DNA from: a virus
Taxonomy: Duplodnaviria; Caudoviricetes
Virus record (IMG/VR): IMGVR_UViG_3300022074_000051
Location: 1-55,034 of that record
Strand: one strand, 5' to 3'
Length of the DNA: 55,034 bases
The notes below the pieces were generated by a model. It saw nothing but the letters and a program-made list of their open reading frames with translations. It ran no database searches and was not told where the DNA came from. The translations under genes and the position numbers were made by a program. Numbering within the stretch: the first letter of the stretch is position 1; each line of letters begins with the position of its first letter. Shown here one piece after another: positions 17,584 to 26,877 of the stretch.

Positions 17584-18714
17584 TCAGTAAATGAAGAATT
17601 TTGATGAACCATCTGTGTAAATATTAACTGCTGCGAAGGGCGATTCAAGGATAATAGACGTTTGTCCGTCAATTGTTTCTACACCAGTTGTTCTGATCGT
17701 TATGTTATTAGTATTTGCATTACCTGCTTCGTCTTTTACGATAAAATGTTGACCAGCTGTATAGCCAGATGCAGCAGGCAATCTGATGTCCAAAGCAGAT
17801 GAAGCGGAGACACCTAGTATTCGAGCAGATGTCGAAGCTGTAGCGGTTGAAGTGACGGCTGTTCGTGAATAATCAATGCCTCCGGGTATCGTAACCCTTA
17901 TGTTGTTTCCACTTGGCTTTGTGGCGGTCACACCAGCACCGACAAAATCAAAAGAGACCGCTTCGGTTGTAAGTGATGAACCTTCATCTTTCACAGTTAT
18001 GTCTGAGCCGCCTCCGCTGCCTATCGAAGCAGAGAGATTTGATATTTTTTGATCCAAGTATTCTCCAACATAGAGATAAGCGGAAGCAGTGACAGGTATT
18101 TTGGATGCGTTATAGTCCTGTATGAACACAATACCAGAGTAATAATCAAATTGCCAATCGATCGCGTCAGTTTCAGAAATTTTGTTTGATGGGTTAGTCG
18201 GATCACCGGTAAATAGTTCTACAAAGTACCTATTACTACCGTCTGAACCTGGAAGCCCCGCGTCTGTTGTGAAAGGGGGAACTAGCTGTAGTCCACCACG
18301 AGATAAATATAGTCGCTTATTATTGACAAAACTACCGGTACCTTTACTGGGATTTGAGGAAGTTGTTTGATAATTTGAAGGCAATTTTAAATAATAAGCA
18401 TGATCTCCTATTGTTTGTGATTCATCACCACCATCTGCTGCGGTGGCATCTGCATCATACAAACCGTCTGATATTGCCACACAGTCAAAGTAAACTCTCT
18501 CAACAGTAGCAGGTCCACCAGCGGAAGCCGAATACAGTGTAAAGAAATCAGTACCAGGTTCTCTTGGTATAGTTTCTGCAAACACACCAGCGCCTGGCAC
18601 AGAAACATTTGATGGAAACGATTCCTCAGCATCTGTTAGCGAGGGTCTAACCTGTGTCTTGCCTAGTAATTTTTTAGCAGCAAAGTTGGTAAATGTAACG
18701 TTAGTTTTTGCCAT
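17584..18714 (-). CDS. Putative virion structural protein (376 aa)
   Basis: WQFDYYSGIVF domain; C-terminal LPAAS..AGQHFIVKDEAG.A..NNITI....ETIDG domain, shared with the 581-aa protein. Confidence 0.65.
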   Translation of the reverse strand: MAKTNVTFTNFAAKKLLGKTQVRPSLTDAEESFPSNVSVPGAGVFAETIPREPGTDFFTLYSASAGGPATVERVYFDCVAISDGLYDADATAADGGDESQTIGDHAYYLKLPSNYQTTSSNPSKGTGSFVNNKRLYLSRGGLQLVPPFTTDAGLPGSDGSNRYFVELFTGDPTNPSNKISETDAIDWQFDYYSGIVFIQDYNASKIPVTASAYLYVGEYLDQKISNLSASIGSGGGSDITVKDEGSSLTTEAVSFDFVGAGVTATKPSGNNIRVTIPGGIDYSRTAVTSTATASTSARILGVSASSALDIRLPAASGYTAGQHFIVKDEAGNANTNNITIRTTGVETIDGQTSIILESPFAAVNIYTDGSSKFFIY

Positions 18715-21700
18715 TAGTAAGCCACCTGTATTCTAGAAATATACCCTGTCCAATCTTTGTGAGCAGAGATTTTAACAATGAAATGTTGATTTTGTTTGAT
18801 TCTTCTTGTGCCAAGCGTTAAGGAAAGAGCCAAGCCCCCGCCATCAATTGTTTGGTCTTCACCAGAGAAACTACCAGCCCTGATACCAGCGCCTTCATTA
18901 TTTGGCTGGTTACTAGACTCAAATATTCTAGCCGCATCAGCAAAAGCTGTTGACTGATCATCAGCCCCAGAAAAGTTTGGATCAAACGGGACCTTAAATT
19001 CAACAAAACAGTTTTTATTTGCACCTAGAGATGCTGCGTATGTCCCGGCTTTACCAACTAAATTTGCGTCACCATAAAGAGTCATTGTGAAACTCGCAAC
19101 AGTTGATGCACCAGTGTACTGGAATCTTCTATAGAAAGTTCTGACGTTCTCACTAAGTGTTGAGTAGTTTGGATTACCCGGTGGTGCTTGAAGAGATCCA
19201 CCTTCACCCGCAGCCCTTGTATCCCCATCGTTTCCTATTTGCAATGGAGAGAAAACATAGCCATTTGCGCTAGCCATTCCATCTCCGTGAGCGTTAGCAG
19301 CGTTCATGTGAGTTTGTGAATTCCAAACGTTGGTTGATGATGTAAGAGCGGCTTGGTCAGCGTAGTTACCAGAAACAATTCGAAAAGTCTCTGTATTAAA
19401 ATACTCATTGTTTGTGACAGTGGTGCTGCCTAATGAACCTGAATAGACCATAAATGAAGTTTTAGAAGCAGTGGACGTGGTCCTGTTGGTTTTAAAGGGA
19501 TGCTTTAGCCGACCAGTGACAGAAACATCTTGAGCAGTAAAGAGGCCTAGTCCACCACTTATTGACGGAGTAGAACCATCATACTGCATGGTTCCAGTAA
19601 CCTGTATGTCTGTTGACTGACAATTGCTACCGCTATTTAGGAACGGCAAGGTAGTGCTGGCCGCAGCGACGCTGGTTGTTGTTATTCCTGAACCAGTCAT
19701 TCGGATGTTTGTAGCAGCACAGTTTGTAGTTGTTGGGAACGAAACCGCAGCAGAGTCTGAAGAGTACACGTTCTCGTAAAAATTGGAACCAGAGAAGTCA
19801 AAACTAGCGGTCGGATTGGACGCAAAGTATCCAATACCTGACTGATAGTAGACACTAGTGTGTCCAAAGTTACCAAGTGTGGGACTAGAAACAGCAGTGT
19901 TGTTTGTAGAACTTGACGTGTCGACAACCCACTGTACATAATTTGTGTTTGTATCGGAGCCATCTACACGGTGTATAACTCTCGCATAGTTCCAACCTAT
20001 CTTTTGATCATCAGCTCCAACCTGATAGGTTCCTGTTCTAAATGGTTTTGTGTAGTCTGGTATGTCATCACTGGTCGTACTGAAAGAAACAGCGCTTAGG
20101 TCGAAACCAGATGAGTTGCCATTGAAGTTATTAGAGATAGCAGACAGATTTGTTAGGGCTGTGGTATGGATCTCTGCGCCGTTAACTTCAAGGACAAGCG
20201 AACCTACAAACGCATCTTTAAATGCGTCGGCTGTATAATTATTTCCGTTTGAAGAGACATCTTCGTTGAGCGTACCAATAAATGTTGGCTTTGAAGAAAA
20301 GACACCTCTACGATCTCCAGAGACACCATAGGTACTATTGACATTAAAATCAGACAGAGATATATCCGAACCAGTTGCGTTAGTATAATTTGCTATTGTA
20401 TTTGCTGCACCGAAAGACAACTTTGCTTCTGTTCCTGTATTGTTGGCATCAATATCATCTAAGGCAGGTGCCTCAACCGCAGTGTTTGTAGTTGCACCAA
20501 CACTAAAAGACAGCTCTGAGATATAGCCACCCCAACTTTCATCAGCTAGGATTTTTATCATTACATTTTGGTTATTAGCAACAGATTGTGTTCCGAATGT
20601 AACAAAATGAGTATTGTTGCCTGAGTCAACATCGTTGGCTGCTCCGTTTATTAAAGCCCCATCACCATCAGATGTGCTACCGTAGGAGAAATTCTGCGAG
20701 ATATCCATCCAGCCGGTTGATGCCGGAATCTTTACAAAGAAATGCACGTTGGATGCTGCAAGGGATGAGTTGTTATAGGTCGTGCTGTTTTTTGTTGAAA
20801 CAATTTTCATGTCTCGTTTTGAAGCTCCACTGGAGTTTGATACAACTCTGTAAAACGTTCTAGTGCCGGTGACACCAGAATAGTTTGGTTGACCAGTCTC
20901 AACATTTGAAATACCTCCAAAGTTCCCACCATTTGGTATGTCATCATCAACAGGGCTGTATAGTCTTTGATTGTGAAACAACAAACCATCAGTGTGACCA
21001 GTTGCTCCACCTCCGGTCATATGATTTTGAGAACTCCATACCGAGGAAGCATTCGTTGTTGAGGCTTGTGTATCATACGAACCAGATGTTTTTCTATATG
21101 TTTCGTCATGAAATTTCTCTTCTAGCACTGCACTAGCGAGCGTCCTGTTATCAATTAAAAAGCCGTTCCCTGTCGTGGCGGAGCCTGTGTTCGTGATTGT
21201 GTTTTTGAGAGGGTGAGTAACAGTAACATTGCTTGTTATGGCTCCATTAAATAAAGTAGAGCCGTTGAAGTCCAAAGCACCAGTAACACCTAACACTTTT
21301 GTGTTGTTCTCCGAACCTCCTATATCTGGTACGCCTTGTGCCGAGGGTGTGGTACTGTTGACCACTGTGAATGAAATGGGCGTACCAGAGGCTGCGTATA
21401 CATTTCTATACAAGTTGTTTATGTCGGCTTTGTATTTCGCAGTTGCATCGGTATTGTACTCAACACCGGAGAGAAATTTTGATCCAGCTAATGTAACTTC
21501 TTCTATTCTAGGATTTGTTATTGACAAGTCATTGACTGCGCCAGATGGGTCGTTTATCCATTCGATATAGTTTGTTGCTGAGTCCGATGCTAGGGTGTGT
21601 ATAACTCTAGCATAATTCCAGCCAACTTTTTGATTAGCTGCATCAACTTTAAACTTCGCAGTTCTGTGTTTGAATATAAACCACTCTGCATTGTTACCAT

Positions 21701-23348
21701 CAAACGAAGAAGCCGTAACCGATACATTTGTAAAACCTGATTGACTAGTAAGAGATGTCGCAGAGCCAGTGTTTGGATTACCACTACCTGCCAAACCAGA
21801 CAATGAAACAGAGTGTATAACAACTCCGTTCAATTCAAGTTTAAGGGTTCCTTCATTGGCGTTTCCAAACGCATCATTGGAAAATGCTATTCGCCCATTA
21901 GACACAGACTCGACAGTATCATGGTTTATGAAACCTGTTATGTCTTGTGTGCCATCATAAACACCCAACCTTATGTTGGAACCAGATGTAGCAGCGGAGT
22001 AAGTACCAGTTCGCGCCACAGCACTGAATCCAGCGTTGGTACCAGAAGACACATAGCCTGAGATTGCATTTGAAGCACCAAACGATAGTTTAGCAGAGAT
22101 ACCGTCTGTGACGTCTTCATTTATTGAGTTGACCGCTGGAGCTGGAGGAGGTGCTAAGATTTTTAGAACCTCATTAAATCTATCAACAGCAGTCCCAACT
22201 GTGGTATCTGTGGTAAAGTCCGTATACAAACCGTCCGTATAGTCTCCATCCTCAGCTGCTCCGATAGTACCTCCAGAGCCACCTCCACCACCAGAGGACG
22301 ATGTTAGTATTACGTTACTGTTTGAATCAAGTGCTAAGTAGCTTGACGTTGTGGCGGTTCCGGGACTAAGATTGGAAAGTCTTAATGTAGAGCCAGTTAT
22401 TATACCAGCATTGACAACACCACCGTTTTGTAAGTTAAGAGATGTGCCTGTTATGGTTGTGAATGTAGCAGCAGCACCTGAGACGGTACTTGAGAATGTC
22501 CCAGTTGTAGCGCCTGCAATTGCTCCTGCATTCGTTATACCTCCGTTTTGTAGTGCTAAGCCTGTGGCACCTAAAGTGGTGAAGGTACCAGCAGCACCGG
22601 AAATGGTGCTTGAGAAAGTGCCCGTTGTTGCACCAGCAATAGCTCCGGCGTTCGTAATGCCGCCATTTTGCAATGCTAGGCCTGTGGCTCCCAATGTTGT
22701 AAAGGTACCAGCAGTTCCACTGACTGTGGTCGCACCTGCGATTGCTCCAGCAGCGGTTATACCACCGTTCTGTAGAGCTAGTTGTGTACCAGCGATAGTT
22801 GTGAATGTGCTAGCAGCACCAGAGAGAGTGCTGGAAAATGTTCCGGTTGTTGCTCCGGCGATGGCACCAGCGTTAGTTATACCACCATTTTGAAGAGCCA
22901 ATGACGTCCCGGCGATTGTAGTAAACGTACCCGCACCACCTGAAACAGTGGTGATCCCTGCTATCGCACCAGCGTTAGTTATGCCACCATTTTGAAGTGA
23001 AAGCGATGTACCAGCTAAGGTTGTAAATGTTCCTGCTGAACCGGACATGCGACCACTTACACTGAGAGAGCCTGTGAATTCATGAGCATCGTCTGAAGTG
23101 TCTCCGAACTTGCTTGAGCCTGTGATGCTGAGGTTTGTAACGTTCTTGTTTGTAACGTCTAAATTAAAAGCGTTAGCGTTAACAGTACCAGAGACATTTA
23201 AGGTACCTGTTAACGCTACTGTTGAAGAGGCAATGTTGTAGGTAAACTGATTCGAACCAGTAAATTCCTGGCCGATCTTAATTTGAACAGAATCATTTAC
23301 ACCACCTGCGTTGCTGCCGCTTATGAATGCCCAGCCAAGATTTGACAT
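18714..23348 (-). CDS. Large fibre/appendage protein with tandem repeats and a duplicated ~570-aa domain (1544 aa)
   Basis: N-terminal TGSSKFGDTSDDAHEFTGS; six LQNGG repeats; two copies of KLSFGA..GWNYARVIH..RTFYR..W.GYIS. Confidence 0.75.
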   Translation of the reverse strand: MSNLGWAFISGSNAGGVNDSVQIKIGQEFTGSNQFTYNIASSTVALTGTLNVSGTVNANAFNLDVTNKNVTNLSITGSSKFGDTSDDAHEFTGSLSVSGRMSGSAGTFTTLAGTSLSLQNGGITNAGAIAGITTVSGGAGTFTTIAGTSLALQNGGITNAGAIAGATTGTFSSTLSGAASTFTTIAGTQLALQNGGITAAGAIAGATTVSGTAGTFTTLGATGLALQNGGITNAGAIAGATTGTFSSTISGAAGTFTTLGATGLALQNGGITNAGAIAGATTGTFSSTVSGAAATFTTITGTSLNLQNGGVVNAGIITGSTLRLSNLSPGTATTSSYLALDSNSNVILTSSSGGGGGSGGTIGAAEDGDYTDGLYTDFTTDTTVGTAVDRFNEVLKILAPPPAPAVNSINEDVTDGISAKLSFGASNAISGYVSSGTNAGFSAVARTGTYSAATSGSNIRLGVYDGTQDITGFINHDTVESVSNGRIAFSNDAFGNANEGTLKLELNGVVIHSVSLSGLAGSGNPNTGSATSLTSQSGFTNVSVTASSFDGNNAEWFIFKHRTAKFKVDAANQKVGWNYARVIHTLASDSATNYIEWINDPSGAVNDLSITNPRIEEVTLAGSKFLSGVEYNTDATAKYKADINNLYRNVYAASGTPISFTVVNSTTPSAQGVPDIGGSENNTKVLGVTGALDFNGSTLFNGAITSNVTVTHPLKNTITNTGSATTGNGFLIDNRTLASAVLEEKFHDETYRKTSGSYDTQASTTNASSVWSSQNHMTGGGATGHTDGLLFHNQRLYSPVDDDIPNGGNFGGISNVETGQPNYSGVTGTRTFYRVVSNSSGASKRDMKIVSTKNSTTYNNSSLAASNVHFFVKIPASTGWMDISQNFSYGSTSDGDGALINGAANDVDSGNNTHFVTFGTQSVANNQNVMIKILADESWGGYISELSFSVGATTNTAVEAPALDDIDANNTGTEAKLSFGAANTIANYTNATGSDISLSDFNVNSTYGVSGDRRGVFSSKPTFIGTLNEDVSSNGNNYTADAFKDAFVGSLVLEVNGAEIHTTALTNLSAISNNFNGNSSGFDLSAVSFSTTSDDIPDYTKPFRTGTYQVGADDQKIGWNYARVIHRVDGSDTNTNYVQWVVDTSSSTNNTAVSSPTLGNFGHTSVYYQSGIGYFASNPTASFDFSGSNFYENVYSSDSAAVSFPTTTNCAATNIRMTGSGITTTSVAAASTTLPFLNSGSNCQSTDIQVTGTMQYDGSTPSISGGLGLFTAQDVSVTGRLKHPFKTNRTTSTASKTSFMVYSGSLGSTTVTNNEYFNTETFRIVSGNYADQAALTSSTNVWNSQTHMNAANAHGDGMASANGYVFSPLQIGNDGDTRAAGEGGSLQAPPGNPNYSTLSENVRTFYRRFQYTGASTVASFTMTLYGDANLVGKAGTYAASLGANKNCFVEFKVPFDPNFSGADDQSTAFADAARIFESSNQPNNEGAGIRAGSFSGEDQTIDGGGLALSLTLGTRRIKQNQHFIVKISAHKDWTGYISRIQVAY
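22385..23035 (-). repeat. Six tandem 34/40-aa coding repeats
   Basis: Unit (G/S/A)TFTT[LI]xxTxLxLQNGGITNAGAIAGATT(GTFSST)xSGxA; synonymous positions differ between units. Confidence 0.85.
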
Positions 23349-23359
23349 TTATACCTCTC

Positions 23360-23836
23360 TTAGAATGTGCTACATGCGGCTCGAACCACCATATCATTTA
23401 GAGTTCCATCATGTACAAAAGCGATTCTGTCAATCCCATGAATTGGTATTGTTACCATGAACTTGCCGTCCACAGTTGTCCATTTTGCCTCAACGTACAC
23501 ATCATTAGTGGTTGTAGCTTCTAAATTGGTATCAGCCTGAACCTTAGTACCATGTGGCAGATAAAGCGCCGCCCAAGCACCAAAGGCATAGTTATACGCA
23601 AACAGTTGCAATGTGTCATCAGTTCCATCATTCTCTATTTGAATATGAATGAACCTTTGATTTTCTGTTACGTAGCCGTTCTTTCCTGCATCTGCGCTAT
23701 TCAAATTATCGGCAAGATCTGCAACCGCCACACAGGTTACTGAAGTAGCGGATTGTTTTGATGCAACCGCTGTATCGTTCATTAATGCTTTTGGTCTTCT
23801 TGTTCGACCCCAACTACTATGTTTATGTACTGACAT
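23360..23836 (-). CDS. Hypothetical protein (158 aa)
   Basis: AAGGAG SD and upstream ACTATTTA; N-terminal SWGRTRRPK; first gene of the fibre unit. Confidence 0.65.
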   Translation of the reverse strand: MSVHKHSSWGRTRRPKALMNDTAVASKQSATSVTCVAVADLADNLNSADAGKNGYVTENQRFIHIQIENDGTDDTLQLFAYNYAFGAWAALYLPHGTKVQADTNLEATTTNDVYVEAKWTTVDGKFMVTIPIHGIDRIAFVHDGTLNDMVVRAACSTF

Positions 23837-23857
23837 TTAATACTCCTTAAACTACAA

Positions 23858-23865
23858 TAAATAGT
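23858..23865 (-). promoter_or_regulatory. Candidate late promoter ACTATTTA
   Basis: Directly after the bS21 stop codon. Confidence 0.65.
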
Positions 23866-24072
23866 CTATTTTCTACGTTTTCTCTCTTCTTTAATTCTAC
23901 GACGAACAGCACGAGCTTTTGCCTTCCTTCGTTTCTCAGAAGGCTTAGTGTGATGACGTCGTTCTCTAACCTCATCAATTATACCAAGTTTTTTACATTT
24001 TTTTATAAAGCGCTTGATGACGCGCTCAATGTTGTCTTTACGACGAACTTTTACTGAATAGTTGGTTCCCAT
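23866..24072 (-). CDS. rpsU: Phage-encoded 30S ribosomal protein bS21
   Basis: 68 aa, very basic; VKVRRKDNIERVIKRFIKKCKKLGIIDEVRERRHHTKPSEKRR matches the bS21 pattern. Confidence 0.9.
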   Translation of the reverse strand: MGTNYSVKVRRKDNIERVIKRFIKKCKKLGIIDEVRERRHHTKPSEKRRKAKARAVRRRIKEERKRRK

Positions 24073-24485
24073 TATTTACCTGCCATTTTTGACCATATAG
24101 CGGAAGACTTGCTCATAAAAGAAGAAATGTCCACACCAGGATCGCCCGGCTCAACTCCACTTAATGCGCTGTTTGTTCGTCCTTCAGAAACAGAAGGCGC
24201 TGGTGTCGTCCCTTCAAACAGATTAACACCGTTGTAAGCATCTTGGCCAACAGCTTCCATCATTTTTTTTCTTTGTTGTTCAAGTCTTGTTTTTGCTTGT
24301 TCGTTTGTTTCGTATTGTGGTTTTTGTTTTACTTGAGGAGCTTGCTTGGTTTCAACGATAGGTTGCCCCATGCCTCTAACTACCTCAGATACAACAGAAG
24401 AAAGAGCACCTTCTTCAAATATTACTTCGCGAATACACTCTTTAATCAATGGTTTTAAAACGCTTTTTAATTCTTCTTTTTTCAT
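24072..24485 (-). CDS. Hypothetical head-module protein (137 aa)
   Basis: Coupled by TAATG overlaps to the protease and bS21 genes; N-terminal MKKEELKSVLKPLIKECIREVIFE; CTATTTA at 24505-24511 just upstream. Confidence 0.7.
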   Translation of the reverse strand: MKKEELKSVLKPLIKECIREVIFEEGALSSVVSEVVRGMGQPIVETKQAPQVKQKPQYETNEQAKTRLEQQRKKMMEAVGQDAYNGVNLFEGTTPAPSVSEGRTNSALSGVEPGDPGVDISSFMSKSSAIWSKMAGK

Positions 24486-25117
24486 TAGTCCCTCAAGATC
24501 TTACTAAATAGATTGTCAATTTGATTTTGCTTGTTCTCTCTTATCTTGACACTAAAAGCATCAGAGCCGAACGCTTGCTTTTTGCTATCTGGATATACAA
24601 ATGCATCTGGTGTTGACGGCTCAGAGACAATATCAAAACAAATAAGCTGAAAGTCCTCATTAACCGTGGACGTCCCATCTAAGCCTTCGTTAACCGAGCC
24701 AAGACCTCTAGACGATATACCGAGCTTGACACCGGCATTGATAAGGTCTTTTAAAATTCTACCTGATGGTGTGTCAAGAACTTTTATCTTACCCATGACG
24801 TCATCACCCTGCCACCAGCACTCAACGATAATATGAGAAACATTTTTAAGGTTTATGACTGAGTCATCCGGGTGGTCTAGTTCACCAGTCGCTCTACTGT
24901 CTTTGACAATCTTTTGATAGTTTGTGATTTCCTTTTCTAGAACTTTACGAGGATATACTCTTCCGTTACCGTTCTTCTTACCTGCTGTTTGAATACGACC
25001 AGTAAGATAAACGGCCCCTTCCTCAACAACTTCGCGCTTTTGTCTTTCGCTAAGCATATCGAGGCAGCGCCCATTAGGGCATAATTCAAAAAATTCTGTT
25101 AATAATTGTTTACTCAT
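24485..25117 (-). CDS. gp21: Prohead protease, T4 gp21-like
   Basis: NGNGRVYP, GELDHP, VSHII, TPSGRIL, LGISSRGLGS, FDIVSEPSTPDAF. Confidence 0.95.
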   Translation of the reverse strand: MSKQLLTEFFELCPNGRCLDMLSERQKREVVEEGAVYLTGRIQTAGKKNGNGRVYPRKVLEKEITNYQKIVKDSRATGELDHPDDSVINLKNVSHIIVECWWQGDDVMGKIKVLDTPSGRILKDLINAGVKLGISSRGLGSVNEGLDGTSTVNEDFQLICFDIVSEPSTPDAFVYPDSKKQAFGSDAFSVKIRENKQNQIDNLFSKILRD

Positions 25118-25153
25118 TCATATCTCCATAGTTGCGGGCATCACCCGCTTGAG

Positions 25154-25207
25154 TCAGCTGCCTGAACAGCAACGACGAACTGGTTGTAGCATCCATTTCT
25201 TCATCAT
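25154..25207 (-). CDS. Putative 17-aa peptide MMKKWMLQPVRRCCSGS
   Basis: AAGGAG SD; ATGA overlap with the upstream stop; followed by the hairpin GCGGG-TGATG-CCCGC. Confidence 0.5.
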   Translation of the reverse strand: MMKKWMLQPVRRCCSGS

Positions 25208-25539
25208 AATGTGCTCCTTCTTGAACAGTTGCAGTTTACTTTTTGGCTTTGAGTCCTAAGCCCATCGTCATTTATTATCATGGATAAGATGTACGACGAA
25301 CCAGCGGAAACACAACCGCAAATAAATGCGTTTGCTAAATTATATTCAAATGTAAATAGTTCTGTAAATCCGTTTATAGAAAACAAAAATACTCCGACCC
25401 AGAAACCCATACAAAGCGGACAGTGAAAAAGCGTGTTCCATTTCTTTGTATAATCTTTTGGTGGACGAATATCTTCAAATATCTTGCCATACACAAGAAT
25501 AAAAGTCATGCCGTAACAGGCAAGGATAAAATTTAACAT
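25204..25539 (-). CDS. Small membrane protein with CxxC (DUF1360-like)
   Basis: About three hydrophobic segments; LFHCPLCMGFWVG; GGAG SD. Confidence 0.65.
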   Translation of the reverse strand: MLNFILACYGMTFILVYGKIFEDIRPPKDYTKKWNTLFHCPLCMGFWVGVFLFSINGFTELFTFEYNLANAFICGCVSAGSSYILSMIINDDGLRTQSQKVNCNCSRRSTL

Positions 25540-25555
25540 TTAAACTCCGTTATGT

Positions 25556-26275
25556 TTATAGTCCCTGTTCTTTTGCTAGTTCATCAGAATACACATCCGA
25601 AAAGCGATTGGCACCTCTGTCAGATAGTTGTTTTTCTAGCCATTTCATATCTTTACCATTCTTTAAATATCTGATATTCAATAAGTGATTTCTTATTAGT
25701 TTTTTGTAAGTTTGCCCTTCAGCACTTGTGTTTTGTTTTTCAAACGAATGATCTGTTGCTAGTTTGTCTGGATCTCCATATAAGCCAACGTCACAATCAT
25801 CATCCGGATCAGGAGTGCTTTTATTGTAATCAAACTCTGAGTTGTTCTCGCCGGTCTCTCTTTTGGTATACTCGGCAGACGCTTCTATTTTGCTCCAAAC
25901 TTTATCTTTTGCTACATCAGTTGTTCCAGCAGAATGGTCCGATGTTACTCCGTATCCTTTATCCTTCGCTATAGCGAATAGTGAATCATATAATATTTTA
26001 GAAAAACCTTTTCCTCTTGCCTGATTCTCAGTATAAACTGCTTCTATTTCGTAAGTTTTTGGAATGCAAGGTTCATTTGTTTGGCCGTATGTCATGTACC
26101 CAACAATGTACATTCCATTATCCGTAATAGTTGGCATCATATGATATAATATCAATTCACCATTGTCTCCATTATCTTCATGAAAAAGAGACAGCTCTGC
26201 AAACTTTTCGGGTTGATAATCGTACAAAGGGCTTTCAGTTAAGAACCTTCGCCAGTTTTCCATTATAAGTTTCAT
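25556..26275 (-). CDS. GNAT-like protein with MKLIMENW leader
   Basis: YEIEAVYTENQARGKGFSKILY resembles GNAT motif A (acetyl-CoA loop R/Q-x-x-G-x-G/A). Confidence 0.55.
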   Translation of the reverse strand: MKLIMENWRRFLTESPLYDYQPEKFAELSLFHEDNGDNGELILYHMMPTITDNGMYIVGYMTYGQTNEPCIPKTYEIEAVYTENQARGKGFSKILYDSLFAIAKDKGYGVTSDHSAGTTDVAKDKVWSKIEASAEYTKRETGENNSEFDYNKSTPDPDDDCDVGLYGDPDKLATDHSFEKQNTSAEGQTYKKLIRNHLLNIRYLKNGKDMKWLEKQLSDRGANRFSDVYSDELAKEQGL

Positions 26276-26877
26276 TAGTAAGTGTACCTTCCGTATAAAT
26301 ATGGAGCAAAGAGATTGTGCTGTACGATAGAACCTTTCTCTTCCTCGTGAGGAACTTCTCCAAGTTCCGTTGAGTGGTCGGCATCAGGCTCCAGTAGTGC
26401 ATCTTCCATTTGTTCATCATGGCCCTTTGTTGCTTCTATATATGGGGCTTCTGAGCCTATCCATTCGGATATTTGATATAGAGCAGAACTAACAGAGTCT
26501 CTTTCTTTAGACTCATGTATCTTACCCTCTAGTGAGCCATATACATTACCGCCTTGTATCGAATCATACTCAATGATCCCTACCCGACGTAAGTACTCCA
26601 TCAGCCGAGACTCAGCCCCGTAGGCAACTTCGGAAACCAAGTCTTTTGCAAAAGCAACAACTTTTTTCTTTTCTCGCATAACAATGATATCAATATCCTT
26701 GTGATCAAATATCATCAAGTCTCCGTTCAAAGCCTTGCGCATATTCAGAGCAAAATTAAGAGTCTGTTTGTTGGAATTTACAATCTCAACATTTATAGTT
26801 GGCTTAACTTCAACCTCAATATTTTTATCAACGTCGACACTGATAGTCTCTTCCGGCTGTACAATTTTAACTTTCAT
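26275..26877 (-). CDS. Hypothetical protein (200 aa)
   Basis: Coupled ORF in the portal unit with a GGAG SD. Confidence 0.7.
   Translation of the reverse strand: MKVKIVQPEETISVDVDKNIEVEVKPTINVEIVNSNKQTLNFALNMRKALNGDLMIFDHKDIDIIVMREKKKVVAFAKDLVSEVAYGAESRLMEYLRRVGIIEYDSIQGGNVYGSLEGKIHESKERDSVSSALYQISEWIGSEAPYIEATKGHDEQMEDALLEPDADHSTELGEVPHEEEKGSIVQHNLFAPYLYGRYTY

Noticed and set aside
18210-18217. ACTATTTA copies inside coding regions (18210, also 25353)
   Set aside because: Both arise from E-L-F-T codons. 18210 is far from any start and is treated as chance; 25353 cannot be excluded as an internal promoter.
22385-23035. CRISPR array or DGR template/variable repeats
   Set aside because: The repeats are in-frame coding units with synonymous divergence; there are no unique spacers, no adenine-specific variation and no reverse transcriptase.
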